From a phage: 51,075 nt of DNA. The stretch is from the sequence record PZ871099.1. One strand, written 5' to 3'. Below the pieces are notes generated by a model that was not told where the DNA came from, made no database searches, and saw only the letters and a list, made by a program, of their open reading frames with translations. The position numbers were made by a program, and so were the translations under genes. Position 1 is the first letter of the stretch, and every line of letters starts with the position of its first letter. Shown piece by piece: positions 1-10,503 of the stretch.

Positions 1-528
1 ATGGCTAAAAATGTTGAGCCTGCTGTAAAGGCATTAAATTTCAAAGAGTTATACAATAAAACTTATGGCGATATTGTTACGCTAAACAACCGCCACAAGT
101 ACACGCCGGAACAGGTTTTTGATATGGCGATCCGCTATTTCACTTGGGCCGAAGAGAATCACATCCAGGCGGCTGAAACTGCTTCCTTTCAGGGTGACGT
201 GTACGAGAGCAGAGTTTACAAGCCTCGCGTTTTCACGGTTAACGGATTCAGCTTGTATCTCGGCGTGACTGAGGCAGCCGTAAGCAAATGGCGTAAAGAG
301 CCTGGATTCTGCGATGTGATGGAGTTTGTTGATAAAGTAATTTACGAGCAAAAATTCCAGCTTGCGGCAAATAACATGATTAATGCTGGATTCATCGGTA
401 AAGAGATCGGAGTAGAGAAGCCAGCAACAGTGAGCGTTGAAGCGAGCGCGGCAGCTAATGCAAGCATTGACGCAGTAACTGCCGATGAGGTGAAAGAGGC
501 TGTGATTGATATTCTGGAGCAACTTTAA
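1..528 (+). CDS. terS: terminase small subunit
   Basis: 175 aa; HTH-like segment GFSLYLGVTEAAVSKWRK; stop overlaps start of the large terminase; RBS AAGGAGG lies at the window end, consistent with permuted ends. Confidence 0.7.
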   Translation: MAKNVEPAVKALNFKELYNKTYGDIVTLNNRHKYTPEQVFDMAIRYFTWAEENHIQAAETASFQGDVYESRVYKPRVFTVNGFSLYLGVTEAAVSKWRKEPGFCDVMEFVDKVIYEQKFQLAANNMINAGFIGKEIGVEKPATVSVEASAAANASIDAVTADEVKEAVIDILEQL

Positions 529-2096
529 TGATCATATGGGAAGATTTGACGGCGGCGCAAAAGCGAGCCATTAAAGAAATCAGTGAGCATTCATTCGAAA
601 AGATGATCAGAATCTGGTTCCAATTATTGCAGGGGCAAAAATTCCAGAGCAACTGGCATTTTAGCTTATTGTGCAGTGAGGTAGAGAAGATCATCAATGG
701 AGAGTCGCAGAATGTGATTTTCAACATTACGCCAGGTAGCGGCAAGACTGAGATTTTCTCGATCCACATGTCACCCTACGCGTCATTGAAAAGCCGGAAA
801 GTGAGAAACCTTAACCTTTCGTTTAGTGATGGCCTTGTGCAGCAAAACAGCAACCGGATAAAGGAGATTATTGGTTCTCCTGAGTGGCAAGAGCTATGGC
901 CTGGAAAACTGGCAAAGGCGAGCGCTAAAGATCTGATAGTCACCGAAGGCGGCAAGGTTAAATTGCAGGTTAACTCACGTTCTATTGGCGGCCAGGTAAC
1001 AGGTTTGCGTGGCGGCTATATGGATGATGGTTTTACTGGTATGCTGGTTCTTGACGATCCAGACAAGCCGGATGATATGCTTTCTAAGGTCAAGCGCGAG
1101 GCTATTCACATGCGGTTAAAAAACACAGTGCGATCGCGTCGAATGAAAGACACCACGCCAATTGTTATGGTGCAACAGCGACTACACGTTAATGATTCCA
1201 CCTGGTTCATGCTTAATGGCGGGATGGGTGGTATTGAGTTTAAAGTCGTGAGCATTCCGGCGCTGGTTACAAAAGAATACCGCGAAACACTTCCTGATTG
1301 GTTGAAGCCTGAATTTGATCGTGATGTTCTGTCAAGTAAGCCAGTGATGATAGATGGCGTTGCTCATTATTCATTTTGGCCTGCGAAGGAAAGCGCGGAG
1401 GAGTTGCTTGCATTGCGCAATGCAGATCCTTACACGTTCGCCAGCCAATACCAACAGCAACCAATCGCGCTTGGCGGGAACGTGTTTAAAACAGAGTGGT
1501 TCCAGTATTACGGCAGCGGCGAAAAGTGCGCACTACCAAAACCGGATCGCTTTGAATACACATTTATTACTGGAGATACCGCGCAGAAGGCCGGAGAGCT
1601 TAACGACTATTCGGTTTTTTGTTATTGGGGGATGTATAAGAATCGCGTTTACTTCATTGATGGCATTCGCGGAAAGTGGGAAGCGCCGGATCTTGAATTA
1701 AATTTTATTGCCTTCGTTAACCAGTGCTGGAAGCGCAATAAGGAGTGTGGCAGCTTGCGACGTATCCACATTGAGGATAAGGCCAGCGGCACGGGTTTGA
1801 TTCAGGGGGCCAAAAAGAAGATCCCGATTGATATAAATCCCGTTCAGCGAAGCAATGACAAGGTGACGCGAGCAATGGACGCCGCGCCAGTAATGAGGGC
1901 CGGACGTGTGGCGCTGCCAGAAAATCACCCCATGCTGCCTGAGATACTGGCAGAGGTTGCAGCATTCACTTTTGATGATTCTCATCCCCATGATGATATT
2001 GTCGATAATATAGTTGATGCTGTTAACGTCGAAATGAATTTGGCAGATGATCCGGTAGCAAGGATGAAAAAGCTGGCAGGTCTACGCAATAAATAG
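528..2096 (+). CDS. terL: terminase large subunit
   Basis: 522 aa; Walker A-like ITPGSGKTE; acidic C-terminal nuclease-like region; sits between terS and portal. Confidence 0.85.
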   Translation: MIIWEDLTAAQKRAIKEISEHSFEKMIRIWFQLLQGQKFQSNWHFSLLCSEVEKIINGESQNVIFNITPGSGKTEIFSIHMSPYASLKSRKVRNLNLSFSDGLVQQNSNRIKEIIGSPEWQELWPGKLAKASAKDLIVTEGGKVKLQVNSRSIGGQVTGLRGGYMDDGFTGMLVLDDPDKPDDMLSKVKREAIHMRLKNTVRSRRMKDTTPIVMVQQRLHVNDSTWFMLNGGMGGIEFKVVSIPALVTKEYRETLPDWLKPEFDRDVLSSKPVMIDGVAHYSFWPAKESAEELLALRNADPYTFASQYQQQPIALGGNVFKTEWFQYYGSGEKCALPKPDRFEYTFITGDTAQKAGELNDYSVFCYWGMYKNRVYFIDGIRGKWEAPDLELNFIAFVNQCWKRNKECGSLRRIHIEDKASGTGLIQGAKKKIPIDINPVQRSNDKVTRAMDAAPVMRAGRVALPENHPMLPEILAEVAAFTFDDSHPHDDIVDNIVDAVNVEMNLADDPVARMKKLAGLRNK

Positions 2097-2113
2097 CACT
2101 AATTGCTAAAAAG
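2092..2113 (+). promoter_or_regulatory. conserved intergenic motif copy, degenerate (AATAGCACTAATTGCTAAAAAG)
   Basis: Overlaps terL stop; followed by TATATAAT and a terminator hairpin. Confidence 0.5.
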
Positions 2114-2125
2114 TTATATAATCAA

Positions 2126-2150
2126 GGCTGGATTTTTCCAGCCTTTTTTA
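2126..2150 (+). terminator. rho-independent terminator after terL
   Basis: GGCTGGAtttttCCAGCC plus T-run. Confidence 0.7.
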
Positions 2151-2166
2151 TTATGGAGATTTGACT

Positions 2167-3459
2167 ATGAGCGAAAAAACAAGGCTAGTTAAGGCCGATG
2201 GATACAACGAGATTTTCAAGGGTAGCAAGGGCAATGGGCGTGTGGAGTTGCCTTTCTTTATGCAAGGGTTCGAATACACCACGCACGCTGATTTTTACAT
2301 TCGCGACGGCCTAGCGAAACGAATCATCGACGTTGTTCCAGAAGAAATGGTGACACCTGGATTTAATATTGATGGCGTGGAAGATGAGGAGAGTTTTAGA
2401 TCTTTGTGGGATGAGAAGCGACTAAACGATAAAATCATTGATGCGCTTTGCTGGTCGCGTCTTTTTGGTGGCGCTGCAATCGTGGCAATCGTTCAGGATG
2501 GCAGGGCATTAAAGTCACCTGTAGCGCCTGGTGCAATCCTTGAAGATGTTCGCGTTTACGATCGCTTTCAGGTTCGCGTAGAAAAGCGAGAAACTAATCC
2601 ACGCAAGGTGCGATATGGTGAGCCATTAATTTACACCATTTCACCTGGTGCGGACTTGCCAGAATATCAGGTTCACTATTCGCGAGTCTGTATTATCGAC
2701 GGTGAGCGGCTACCAAATCAGCGACGTCAGTCAAATGATGGTTGGGGTGAGTCAATCCTGAATAAGCGATTGGTTGAGGCTATTTGTGATTACAACTACT
2801 GCGAAAACTTAGCAACTCAATTGTTGCGACGTAAGCAACAGGCAGTATGGAAAGCTAAAGGACTTGCCGATCTTTGTGATGATGATGATGGTGTTAACGC
2901 CGCACGTTTGCGCCTTGCTCAAGTTGATGATGAGGGTGGCGTGGGCCGTGCGATCGGCATTGATGCGGAAGATGAGGAATATGATGTTTTAAATTCTGAT
3001 ATTTCCGGCGTCGATTCATTTCTGGAAAAGAAGATGGATCGCATTGTATCTCTTTCCGGTATCCATGAAATCATCCTCAAAAACAAGAACGTTGGCGGTG
3101 TTAGCGCGAGCCAAAACACGGCGCTTGAAACCTTCTACAAGCTGATCGACCGAAAGCGAAAGGAAGAATACAAACCAATCCTTGAATTTCTGATCCCGTT
3201 CCTGATTCAAGAGCAAGAATGGAGTATTCAGTTTGCGCCGTTAAGCGTTCCCAGCGAAAAGGACCAGGCCGAGATCTTGAACAAGAATATTGATTCTTTG
3301 AGCAAGGCTATTGACGGTCAATTCATGGATACAGAGGAGGCGCGCGACACATTGCGAGCCATTGCGCCTAACGTTAAACTAAAAGACGGCAATAACATTA
3401 AATTACCTGAGCAGGACGTAGAGCCGGAGCCAGGAACAACCGAGGGTAACGATCAATGA
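2167..3459 (+). CDS. portal protein
   Basis: about 430 aa directly after terL; ATG at 2167 follows RBS GGAG (the track start at 2161 is TTG); acidic C-terminus. Confidence 0.7.
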   Translation: MSEKTRLVKADGYNEIFKGSKGNGRVELPFFMQGFEYTTHADFYIRDGLAKRIIDVVPEEMVTPGFNIDGVEDEESFRSLWDEKRLNDKIIDALCWSRLFGGAAIVAIVQDGRALKSPVAPGAILEDVRVYDRFQVRVEKRETNPRKVRYGEPLIYTISPGADLPEYQVHYSRVCIIDGERLPNQRRQSNDGWGESILNKRLVEAICDYNYCENLATQLLRRKQQAVWKAKGLADLCDDDDGVNAARLRLAQVDDEGGVGRAIGIDAEDEEYDVLNSDISGVDSFLEKKMDRIVSLSGIHEIILKNKNVGGVSASQNTALETFYKLIDRKRKEEYKPILEFLIPFLIQEQEWSIQFAPLSVPSEKDQAEILNKNIDSLSKAIDGQFMDTEEARDTLRAIAPNVKLKDGNNIKLPEQDVEPEPGTTEGNDQ

Positions 3460-4211
3460 TAGTGAAAGGCGTCGTTAAACAATGGCGCTTTCCTGAAGCA
3501 AGCGAGCGGCAATTGCGCCGCTCAATTCAGGAGGCGATAAGGGATCTTGTTGTGCTGATGCGCAGCAAAACAAAGGAAATGAAATTTGACGCGGACACCG
3601 AAGAAATCAACGCCGCAGAGGATGAGATTAGTAGCTTCGCGTTAAAGCTAATAGCTGGCATCGCCGCATCACTTCCGGTTATCGGCCTTGCTGTTTATAA
3701 ATTCAACGCAAAGCAATTTATTAACGTAGCGAAATCAACGGGAGGCAAGTCAAATTCCGCCGTTATCATCCTTATGGCTATTGGGGTCAATGCGAATGAG
3801 AGTTGGTATAGGACGCTATACGGTCAATGGCATGACATGACGATCGCATCTCTTCAAAAACTATTTGGAAACATCGTGTCTGACTGGTCAACCAATATTA
3901 GATCGGCAAACTTTCGCGGAATGAGAGATAGTCAGGTTAATGAATTGGCTGGTAAGAGATTTGCAGTGTATAGCTCTTGGGGTAAGACAAGGGCTGAAAA
4001 TATCATAGGTGCTTGGAATAGTAGACTCATGCGCCAGCGTCTTTATGATGCAAAAGTAACTCATTATTTTTGGCATGGTATGCTTGATGACAGAGAACGA
4101 TTGCAGCATGTACAATGGGAGGGTAAGCGCATTGCGCTAGATTCTGAACATGATTTTCCTGGTGAGCCTTTCGGTTGTCGTTGTTGGGCCATACCAGATT
4201 GGAACAGTTAA
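3456..4211 (+). CDS. minor head / head morphogenesis protein (SPP1 gp7 / Mu F-like, putative)
   Basis: 251 aa, ATGA overlap with portal stop; position typical of this family. Confidence 0.5.
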   Translation: MIVKGVVKQWRFPEASERQLRRSIQEAIRDLVVLMRSKTKEMKFDADTEEINAAEDEISSFALKLIAGIAASLPVIGLAVYKFNAKQFINVAKSTGGKSNSAVIILMAIGVNANESWYRTLYGQWHDMTIASLQKLFGNIVSDWSTNIRSANFRGMRDSQVNELAGKRFAVYSSWGKTRAENIIGAWNSRLMRQRLYDAKVTHYFWHGMLDDRERLQHVQWEGKRIALDSEHDFPGEPFGCRCWAIPDWNS

Positions 4212-4221
4212 GAGGTGTTAA

Positions 4222-5337
4222 ATGAAGGCAAAACAAAGATTTGATAGCGCCAAAGTAAAGGCGCACTTTGATGATAACGGGTTTTTAGTTGATCGCCCTA
4301 TCGTGGCGCGAATTGGTTTGCAAGTCTATCAGACTCCTTTCGGTGAGCGCAGAGAATTTCGTCCGGCGTCCGAAGTATTCAAGGCAGACTCACTCGTCAC
4401 CTTCGCAGGGAAGCCAGTCACGGTTGGTCACGTCACGGTAACGCCAGAAAACGCAGAAAAGGTTGTGGTTGGTTCTTGTGCTGGCGCTGGCGTGCCGAAC
4501 GGGATCGGCGTAGAGGTTCCGTTAAGCATTTACTCAAAACGAGCAATCGAAAGCGCGAAGAAGCGAGACACGGCGGAAATTTCAGTTGGTTACACATCGG
4601 TTGATATTGATAAACCAGGCTGGGGCAATAATAAAACTGGTGAGTACGTTTTCGATGAGGATGTTAGCGAAGACTGGAAGCCTGATTCTCCTGATTGGGT
4701 TAAGTTTGATGCAATCCAGACTGAAATCAAGGTAAACCACATCGCGTTAGTTTTCCGAGGTCGAGCTGGCATTGCAAAATTAAACCTTGATAGCCAGCAA
4801 GATTTTCCGTATAGTGACGATGTTATTAACAACAAAGAGGATCAAATCATGACTGTAAAAATTAAACTGGATGGCGCTGTAGAATTTGATGTGCCGAAAG
4901 CAGTTGCGGATCACATTGAAACGCTTAAAGCTGATGCCAAAGCACAGAAAGAAAAGGCGGATGGCCTGGAAGCTGAGCGCGATGCGCTGCAAACCAAAGT
5001 AGATGGCATTCAGGATCAGATTGATGCCGCAGTCAAGAAGGCCAAAGAAGATGCCGAGCAATATGCTCAATTAGTGGCAGACGCTAAAGAGTTAGGCATC
5101 AAGTGCGACGGCCTGGATGCGAAAGCAATCAAGGTTGCATACATCAAAGAAGTTATGGGCAATGACGTTTCCGATAAAACTGATGCCTATATCGAAACAG
5201 CTTTCGACATCGCCAAAAACTCTGATAAAATGGCGGCGCAGCGTAAGAGCATTAAGGGTGACTCTTTCGCGAATGAAAAACAGGATGAAGCAGGTTCTAA
5301 GCTGAATCCTAACGCTCGTTTTGAGAAACTGAAATAA
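4222..5337 (+). CDS. scaffolding-like protein (possible prohead protease/scaffold)
   Basis: 371 aa; C-terminal half is charged coiled-coil-like (KADAKAQKEKADGLEAERDALQTK...); precedes capsid genes. Confidence 0.45.
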   Translation: MKAKQRFDSAKVKAHFDDNGFLVDRPIVARIGLQVYQTPFGERREFRPASEVFKADSLVTFAGKPVTVGHVTVTPENAEKVVVGSCAGAGVPNGIGVEVPLSIYSKRAIESAKKRDTAEISVGYTSVDIDKPGWGNNKTGEYVFDEDVSEDWKPDSPDWVKFDAIQTEIKVNHIALVFRGRAGIAKLNLDSQQDFPYSDDVINNKEDQIMTVKIKLDGAVEFDVPKAVADHIETLKADAKAQKEKADGLEAERDALQTKVDGIQDQIDAAVKKAKEDAEQYAQLVADAKELGIKCDGLDAKAIKVAYIKEVMGNDVSDKTDAYIETAFDIAKNSDKMAAQRKSIKGDSFANEKQDEAGSKLNPNARFEKLK

Positions 5338-5349
5338 GGAGTAATTAAA

Positions 5350-5859
5350 ATGGCTAAAATTGGAGCAAGTTATTTTGACACTATGGCGCGTGCGCTTCCT
5401 GGTCAGGTATCCGACACGTCAGCATATAACATCGACGGCGCTTACGTTCTTGACAAGGAAGACGGCATCCCAATCCTGGTTGGCGTGGCTGTTAAGCTAA
5501 AAGGCGTTGACTCAATGGGTAATAAGCTGATCGACGCTATTTCTGGTGGTGGTGATGTTCCTTATGGCGTTGGCGTTCGTTCGCACTTTCAAACTACGGC
5601 TGATAATGGTCGAATGGTTTATGAGGCTGGCGGCGGAATCAACGTTATGACTGAGGGCCGTGTCTGGATGATTGGCGATGATTCCGATAAAAGCAAAAAG
5701 CCAGAATATCGTGAGCCTGTAAAAATTGATGAAAACTCTGGCAAGGTGAAAAGTGCTGGCGCTATCAATACAAACTGGGTTTACACTGGCGATAAAACCA
5801 CTTTTGGAACTGGCAATAATATGTTGACTTTGTTTGAAGTTCAGGTCTTCCCAAGCTAA
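5350..5859 (+). CDS. capsid-associated structural protein (decoration-like, putative)
   Basis: 169 aa; shares YNIDG / GVAV / VW segments with next gene; strong terminator follows. Confidence 0.35.
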   Translation: MAKIGASYFDTMARALPGQVSDTSAYNIDGAYVLDKEDGIPILVGVAVKLKGVDSMGNKLIDAISGGGDVPYGVGVRSHFQTTADNGRMVYEAGGGINVMTEGRVWMIGDDSDKSKKPEYREPVKIDENSGKVKSAGAINTNWVYTGDKTTFGTGNNMLTLFEVQVFPS

Positions 5860-5865
5860 AATCAA

Positions 5866-5890
5866 GGCGCTCACTTGAGCGCCTTTTTTA
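5866..5890 (+). terminator. rho-independent terminator
   Basis: GGCGCTCActtGAGCGCC plus TTTTTT. Confidence 0.75.
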
Positions 5891-5909
5891 TTATGTAAGG
5901 AGAAATGAA

Positions 5910-6692
5910 ATGGCTAAAGATTATTCATCTGTTATGGGTCTTTCTTGCCCTGGTTGTTTGGTTGATTCTACTCGCTACAATATTGATGGTACTGGCGTTT
6001 GTGGTTCTGAATCGATCATTGCTGGTAAGGTTGTTTTCTTTAAGGAGAGAATCGGCGGTTACAACATATTTGTTGACCACAAAGAGGAGGGCGCTGTGGT
6101 TGCGGGTGTTGCGCTAAGGAGCAACATAACAACGACAGTTAACGAGGAAGACGGGTATTCCGACTACAAGGAAGGAGACGCCATCAACATTTTGACAAGA
6201 GGTGTTGTATGGTGTGTAACTCAAACAATTGAATCTCCCCCTGAGCATGGGGATCTTGTTTATGTTAACAATGATGGTTTTGTAGCAAAGAGTGATGGCG
6301 ATGAAATCGTCGATGGCTGGATTTTTACTGGTGACTTCTACAAGTTTGATGAAACAATAAACATAGTCGGAGTCAGAATAACGCCGCTTTATCATAGAAA
6401 ATATCTTCTCACTGGTGCGATCATTGAGGCTGAAAATGGATACATAGAGGGAACAGAGACGATCAATAACGTTCAATTAAAGGTAACAGTTGTTCCGACT
6501 TGGGCTGATGACAAAACGGGTCAGTGGACAATTACAAATCCACAAGATCCAAGTGTTGCCAGTGTTAGCCGCACAGGTCTTGTTGTTCCTACTGGTGTAG
6601 GAGGCAGAGTTAACGTCAACTGGACTGCTAATGATGGTTCTGGAGTTGCTAACCAGTTTGATATTGTATTTACGAAAACCGCTGGCGAATAA
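5910..6692 (+). CDS. capsid-associated structural protein with Ig-like C-terminal domain (paralog of previous)
   Basis: 260 aa; N-terminal part similar to 5350..5859; C-terminus beta-rich Ig-like (VTVVPT...VNVNWTANDGSG). Confidence 0.35.
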   Translation: MAKDYSSVMGLSCPGCLVDSTRYNIDGTGVCGSESIIAGKVVFFKERIGGYNIFVDHKEEGAVVAGVALRSNITTTVNEEDGYSDYKEGDAINILTRGVVWCVTQTIESPPEHGDLVYVNNDGFVAKSDGDEIVDGWIFTGDFYKFDETINIVGVRITPLYHRKYLLTGAIIEAENGYIEGTETINNVQLKVTVVPTWADDKTGQWTITNPQDPSVASVSRTGLVVPTGVGGRVNVNWTANDGSGVANQFDIVFTKTAGE

Positions 6693-6718
6693 CTAATAGC
6701 ATAAAAAAACATTGCACG

Positions 6719-6737
6719 TTTAACAAAAAGTGCTATC
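6719..6737 (-). promoter_or_regulatory. conserved intergenic motif copy (plus strand reads TTTAACAAAAAGTGCTAT)
   Basis: Upstream of the capsid gene. Confidence 0.5.
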
Positions 6738-6742
6738 ATCTA

Positions 6743-6769
6743 GGCCGTTACATTTAACGGCCTTTTTTA
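6743..6769 (+). terminator. rho-independent terminator
   Basis: GGCCGTTAcattTAACGGCC plus TTTTTT. Confidence 0.75.
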
Positions 6770-6782
6770 TGGAGGAAGCAAA

Positions 6783-7754
6783 ATGGCTAAAAAATATGAT
6801 GAACTAGATGCTACGATTGTAGCGAATCATTTGCAGATTCAGGGTGTTAAGACCGACGCTTCTGATATGGGTATTTGGACCGCTCAAGAGCTACACAAGA
6901 TCCGCTCTACCGCATACGAGAAAGAGTATCCGGCAGGTTCCGCGCTTCGCGTATTCCCTGTAACAAACGAGCTTTCTGATACTGACAAGACTTTCGAATA
7001 TCAGACTTTTGATAAGGTTGGCTACGCGAAAATTATCGCCGACTACACCGATGATCTGCCGACTGTGGACGCGTTGATGACTTCTGAGTTTGGCAAAGTG
7101 TTCCGCCTGGGTAACGCTTATCTGATCTCCATTGATGAGATTAAAGCAGGTCAGCGAACTGGCAAGAGCCTGTCAACTCGCAAGGCTAACGCTGCGCAAA
7201 ATGCACATGATCAGTTGATTAACTTCCTGGTGTTCAAAGGTTCCAAGCCTCACAAGATCGTTTCCGTTTTCGATCATCCTAACCTTGCGAAAATTGTTTC
7301 TGAAGGCTGGATGAGCAAGGACGGCAATACCAAGTTCCCGGAAGTGGCAAGCGATGAACTGGAGGCCGCAATCGAAACGATCGAGGAAGTAACCAAAGGT
7401 CAGCACCGCGCGACCAACATCCTGATCCCGCCGTCCATGCGTAAAGTCCTAACGGTTCGAATGGAAAATACCACTGAAAGTTATCTGGAATACTTCCAGA
7501 AGCAAAACGGCGGTATCACTATCGACTCTATCGCAGAGCTTGAGGATATTGACGGCAAAGGTACGAAAGGTTGCTTGGTTTACGAAAAAGATCCAATGAA
7601 CATGAGCATTGAGATTCCAGAAGCGTTTAACATGCTTCCGGCGCAGCCAAAAGACCTGCATTTCAAAGTTCCTTGCACTTCCAAGTGTACTGGCCTTACG
7701 ATTTATCGTCCGTTTACGATGGTGCTTATTACTGGCTTGAAAAAGTCAGCTTAA
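6783..7754 (+). CDS. major capsid protein (putative)
   Basis: 323 aa, size and position typical of an HK97-fold capsid protein; strong RBS and terminator. Confidence 0.55.
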   Translation: MAKKYDELDATIVANHLQIQGVKTDASDMGIWTAQELHKIRSTAYEKEYPAGSALRVFPVTNELSDTDKTFEYQTFDKVGYAKIIADYTDDLPTVDALMTSEFGKVFRLGNAYLISIDEIKAGQRTGKSLSTRKANAAQNAHDQLINFLVFKGSKPHKIVSVFDHPNLAKIVSEGWMSKDGNTKFPEVASDELEAAIETIEEVTKGQHRATNILIPPSMRKVLTVRMENTTESYLEYFQKQNGGITIDSIAELEDIDGKGTKGCLVYEKDPMNMSIEIPEAFNMLPAQPKDLHFKVPCTSKCTGLTIYRPFTMVLITGLKKSA

Positions 7755-7765
7755 TCAGATAACAT

Positions 7766-7794
7766 GGGGAGCCTTAAGGGTTCCCCTTTTTTTA
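7766..7794 (+). terminator. rho-independent terminator after the capsid gene
   Basis: GGGGAgccttaagggTTCCCC plus T7. Confidence 0.75.
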
Positions 7795-7811
7795 TTTATG
7801 GAGTACACAAA

Positions 7812-8078
7812 ATGAGCAAAACTTTAAAACTTAAAGTAACTGGCATTTGCATGATTATTATGGACGGTAAGCGTTATCATCCTGGTGATGAAATTGAAAT
7901 TGAATCTGAACGCATTAATGATTCCGCAATTGAATACCTGATCGCTCGCGGTGATGTGGAAGTTAAAGACAATTCCGAAATTAACGAGCAAATCAAGGCG
8001 AAAGCGGAGAAGAAGCGCAAAAAAGATCCTACCGAGGGCAAGAGCCGCAAAGAGCTAGAGGACGGCGGCGAATATTAA
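7812..8078 (+). CDS. hypothetical structural protein
   Basis: Track start 7764 lies inside the upstream terminator hairpin; ATG at 7812 follows RBS GGAG; lysine-rich C-terminus. Confidence 0.35.
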   Translation: MSKTLKLKVTGICMIIMDGKRYHPGDEIEIESERINDSAIEYLIARGDVEVKDNSEINEQIKAKAEKKRKKDPTEGKSRKELEDGGEY

Positions 8079-8124
8079 TAATTGGGGCGCTTATGCGCCC
8101 TTTGTCACATCTGGAGAAAACAAA

Positions 8125-8544
8125 ATGGTAGATGAATTTTACACAGACGCTGAAATCATGCAGCAAATCGTAAAGTTAGCGCCGCCAATGCAACAAGTTG
8201 ATCCCGATTTAATTGTGGCATGGATTGAGCTTGCTAAAGAGTTTGTTTGCAAAAAACGGTTTAAAAACTCATATCCTAAAGCGGTTGCGCTTTACACTCT
8301 TCACCTTATGACCTTAGACGGGGCAATGAAACAGGAAGGTGAAAGCGTAGAAAGCTACTCCCGCCGCGTCGCCTCGTTCACTCTGACTGGTGAGTTTAGT
8401 CAGACGTTTGATCGAATCTCTTCCGATACAAGCGGAAAGCAGATCCGACAAACGCCGTGGGGCAAAATGTACGAAGTGTTAAACCGTAAGCACGGTGGCG
8501 GCTTTGGCCTTGTGACTGGATTGCGCCGGAGATGCTGCCGATGA
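8125..8544 (+). CDS. head-tail connector / adaptor (putative)
   Basis: 139 aa, in the head-tail joining block. Confidence 0.4.
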   Translation: MVDEFYTDAEIMQQIVKLAPPMQQVDPDLIVAWIELAKEFVCKKRFKNSYPKAVALYTLHLMTLDGAMKQEGESVESYSRRVASFTLTGEFSQTFDRISSDTSGKQIRQTPWGKMYEVLNRKHGGGFGLVTGLRRRCCR

Positions 8545-8912
8545 ACTACAATGAGATTGCAAGAATGGCTACGGCTGGGATTAACTTTTTCAGCGACGCT
8601 AACGGTATGTTTAAGTGCATCACGCAGCAGGGAGGGGTTGAGATTATCGGCGGAGAGGAAGTTACCAAGCCGGAGATTTCAGTGATGATAAAGGGGCTTG
8701 TTAGATCTCCGAGGACTAGAGAGGTTGACGGTGAAACAATCCGAGTAACAGACAAGTTGGGGATATTCACCAATGAAACTGAGATCAAAAATGGTTATCA
8801 GATTGAAATTGATGGCGAACGTTATGTTGTCGTTGAAGCAAGGCCAGTCAGGCAGACTAACATCACGGCGGCTTATCGTCCGATATTAAGGAGGATTGCT
8901 GTGCATGGCTGA
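8532..8912 (+). CDS. head-tail joining protein (putative)
   Basis: 126 aa, overlaps neighbours, position. Confidence 0.35.
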   Translation: MLPMNYNEIARMATAGINFFSDANGMFKCITQQGGVEIIGGEEVTKPEISVMIKGLVRSPRTREVDGETIRVTDKLGIFTNETEIKNGYQIEIDGERYVVVEARPVRQTNITAAYRPILRRIAVHG

Positions 8913-9348
8913 TAACTATAAGATCAGGGAATTTCACGGTGATATAAGCAGGTGGATTGATTCAGTAAGCAGCGGCCTTGTTGATTGCGTTGAAATGTTC
9001 GCGACAAACGTCCACGAGGATCTTGTAAATCGCTCGCCAGTTGATACGGGCCGATATAAAGCCAACTGGCAGATAACAGCAAACAAGCCGCCGCTATATG
9101 CGCTCAACCAATACGATCGCGATGGTAGTAAAACCATTGCAGAAGGTAAGCGAGCAATATATGCAATTATGCGTGGCGGTGGCGCTGTGCGGTCAATCTA
9201 TTTTTCAAACATGCTCATTTACGCAAACGCGCTTGAATACGGGCATTCAAAACAAGCGCCGTCCGGCGTACTTGGAATCGTGGCGGTAAAGCTGCGATCT
9301 TATATGGCTAAGGCAATAAAGGATTCGAGGGCAAAAAATGCACTATGA
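8905..9348 (+). CDS. neck / tail-terminator-like protein (putative)
   Basis: about 147 aa from MADNYK; position. Confidence 0.35.
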   Translation: MADNYKIREFHGDISRWIDSVSSGLVDCVEMFATNVHEDLVNRSPVDTGRYKANWQITANKPPLYALNQYDRDGSKTIAEGKRAIYAIMRGGGAVRSIYFSNMLIYANALEYGHSKQAPSGVLGIVAVKLRSYMAKAIKDSRAKNAL

Positions 9349-9739
9349 TTTAATGTTGGCGGCAAGAAAGGCGCTGGCGGCTGAATATGAATCACGATTT
9401 AAGATAGCCTATGAAAACGTTGATTTTGTGCCGCCTGGAGATGGTTCTATGTGGTTAAAATTTAACTACATGGAAGCGGACACGGATCGCATATCTCTTG
9501 ATAGAAAATGTGTTTCTTACATCGGTTTGGTTCAGGTTGGAATTGTTATTCCTCCTGGTGGTGGCACTGATAAAGCGCGTTTGCTGGCTAAAGAGATTGC
9601 GAGATTTTTCTATGATGGTAGAATGTTTGAAACTGGCTATATTAGCGAGGGAGCAAACGTCCACGCATTACTAAAAAGTGAAACAGGTTGGTTCTTGCCG
9701 ATCCGTTTCAGTGTTAGGCTTGACACAAAGGAGGAATAA
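9338..9739 (+). CDS. tail completion protein (putative)
   Basis: 133 aa, immediately upstream of the major tail gene. Confidence 0.35.
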   Translation: MHYDLMLAARKALAAEYESRFKIAYENVDFVPPGDGSMWLKFNYMEADTDRISLDRKCVSYIGLVQVGIVIPPGGGTDKARLLAKEIARFFYDGRMFETGYISEGANVHALLKSETGWFLPIRFSVRLDTKEE

Positions 9740-9741
9740 TC

Positions 9742-10404
9742 ATGCACTTGCCTAATGGTTCTCAAATTTTCATCGGCGTTAATATGGGTGAGCCAATTAG
9801 CGCGACTCAAATCAGCAATGCTGATAATCCTGTTTTTACAACCAAAAACACTCAAAGCATCAAAAAAGGCGCTTATGTTCTTATTGAAACATCTTCTTGG
9901 GGAAAACTTGTTAGTCGAGTGCTTCGAGTTAAGGAAGTATCAGATAATGTAAGTGTTACTCTTGAGGGTGTTAGCACTAAAGATACAAACGTATTTCCAG
10001 AAGGACAGAACACAGCAACTTTCCGAGAAGTGAAATCTTGGGTAGAGGTTCCTTGCGTACAGGATCTTGCGCAGGACGGCGGCGAGCAACAGTATTACAC
10101 TTATCAGTGTTTGGCTGATGACCAGGAACAGCAGTTGCCGACCTACAAGAGCGCCGTTTTTCTTACCTATACTTTCGCGCATGAATATGATAATCCGATT
10201 TATCCGATCTTGCGCGAGGCTGAGGAATCCGGCGACGTAACCGCTTTGCGTATGTACGTGCCGAAAGCTAAAGAGATGCGTTGCTGGGCTGGCGTATTGT
10301 CTTTTAATGACATTCCGCAAACCACTATGAACGAAATGGAAACTGTTTCCCTTTCCGTATCTCTGAAAGGTCGATTCACGTTCTTACCTTCTGACGTTAA
10401 GTAA
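9742..10404 (+). CDS. major tail protein (putative)
   Basis: 220 aa, RBS AAGGAGG, strong terminator after it, directly upstream of the G/GT chaperone and tape measure. Confidence 0.55.
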   Translation: MHLPNGSQIFIGVNMGEPISATQISNADNPVFTTKNTQSIKKGAYVLIETSSWGKLVSRVLRVKEVSDNVSVTLEGVSTKDTNVFPEGQNTATFREVKSWVEVPCVQDLAQDGGEQQYYTYQCLADDQEQQLPTYKSAVFLTYTFAHEYDNPIYPILREAEESGDVTALRMYVPKAKEMRCWAGVLSFNDIPQTTMNEMETVSLSVSLKGRFTFLPSDVK

Positions 10405-10409
10405 AACAA

Positions 10410-10431
10410 GGGGCGTTGCGCCCCTTTTTTC
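10410..10431 (+). terminator. rho-independent terminator after the major tail gene
   Basis: GGGGCGttGCGCCCC plus TTTTTT. Confidence 0.8.
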
Positions 10432-10470
10432 ATTCCTGTAAAATCAATCTATCAAATAAATTAATTCCAC

Positions 10471-10490
10471 TTTTAACAAAAAGTGCTATA
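10471..10490 (-). promoter_or_regulatory. conserved intergenic motif copy (plus strand reads TTTTAACAAAAAGTGCTATAAGGAG)
   Basis: Abuts the RBS of the tail chaperone gene; contains TGcTATAAG. Confidence 0.5.
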
Positions 10491-10503
10491 AGGAGATCTT
10501 GAG

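Noticed and set aside
82-769. Minus-strand ORFs 82..522 and 455..769
   Set aside because: Antisense to terS and terL, which have strong motif and context support.
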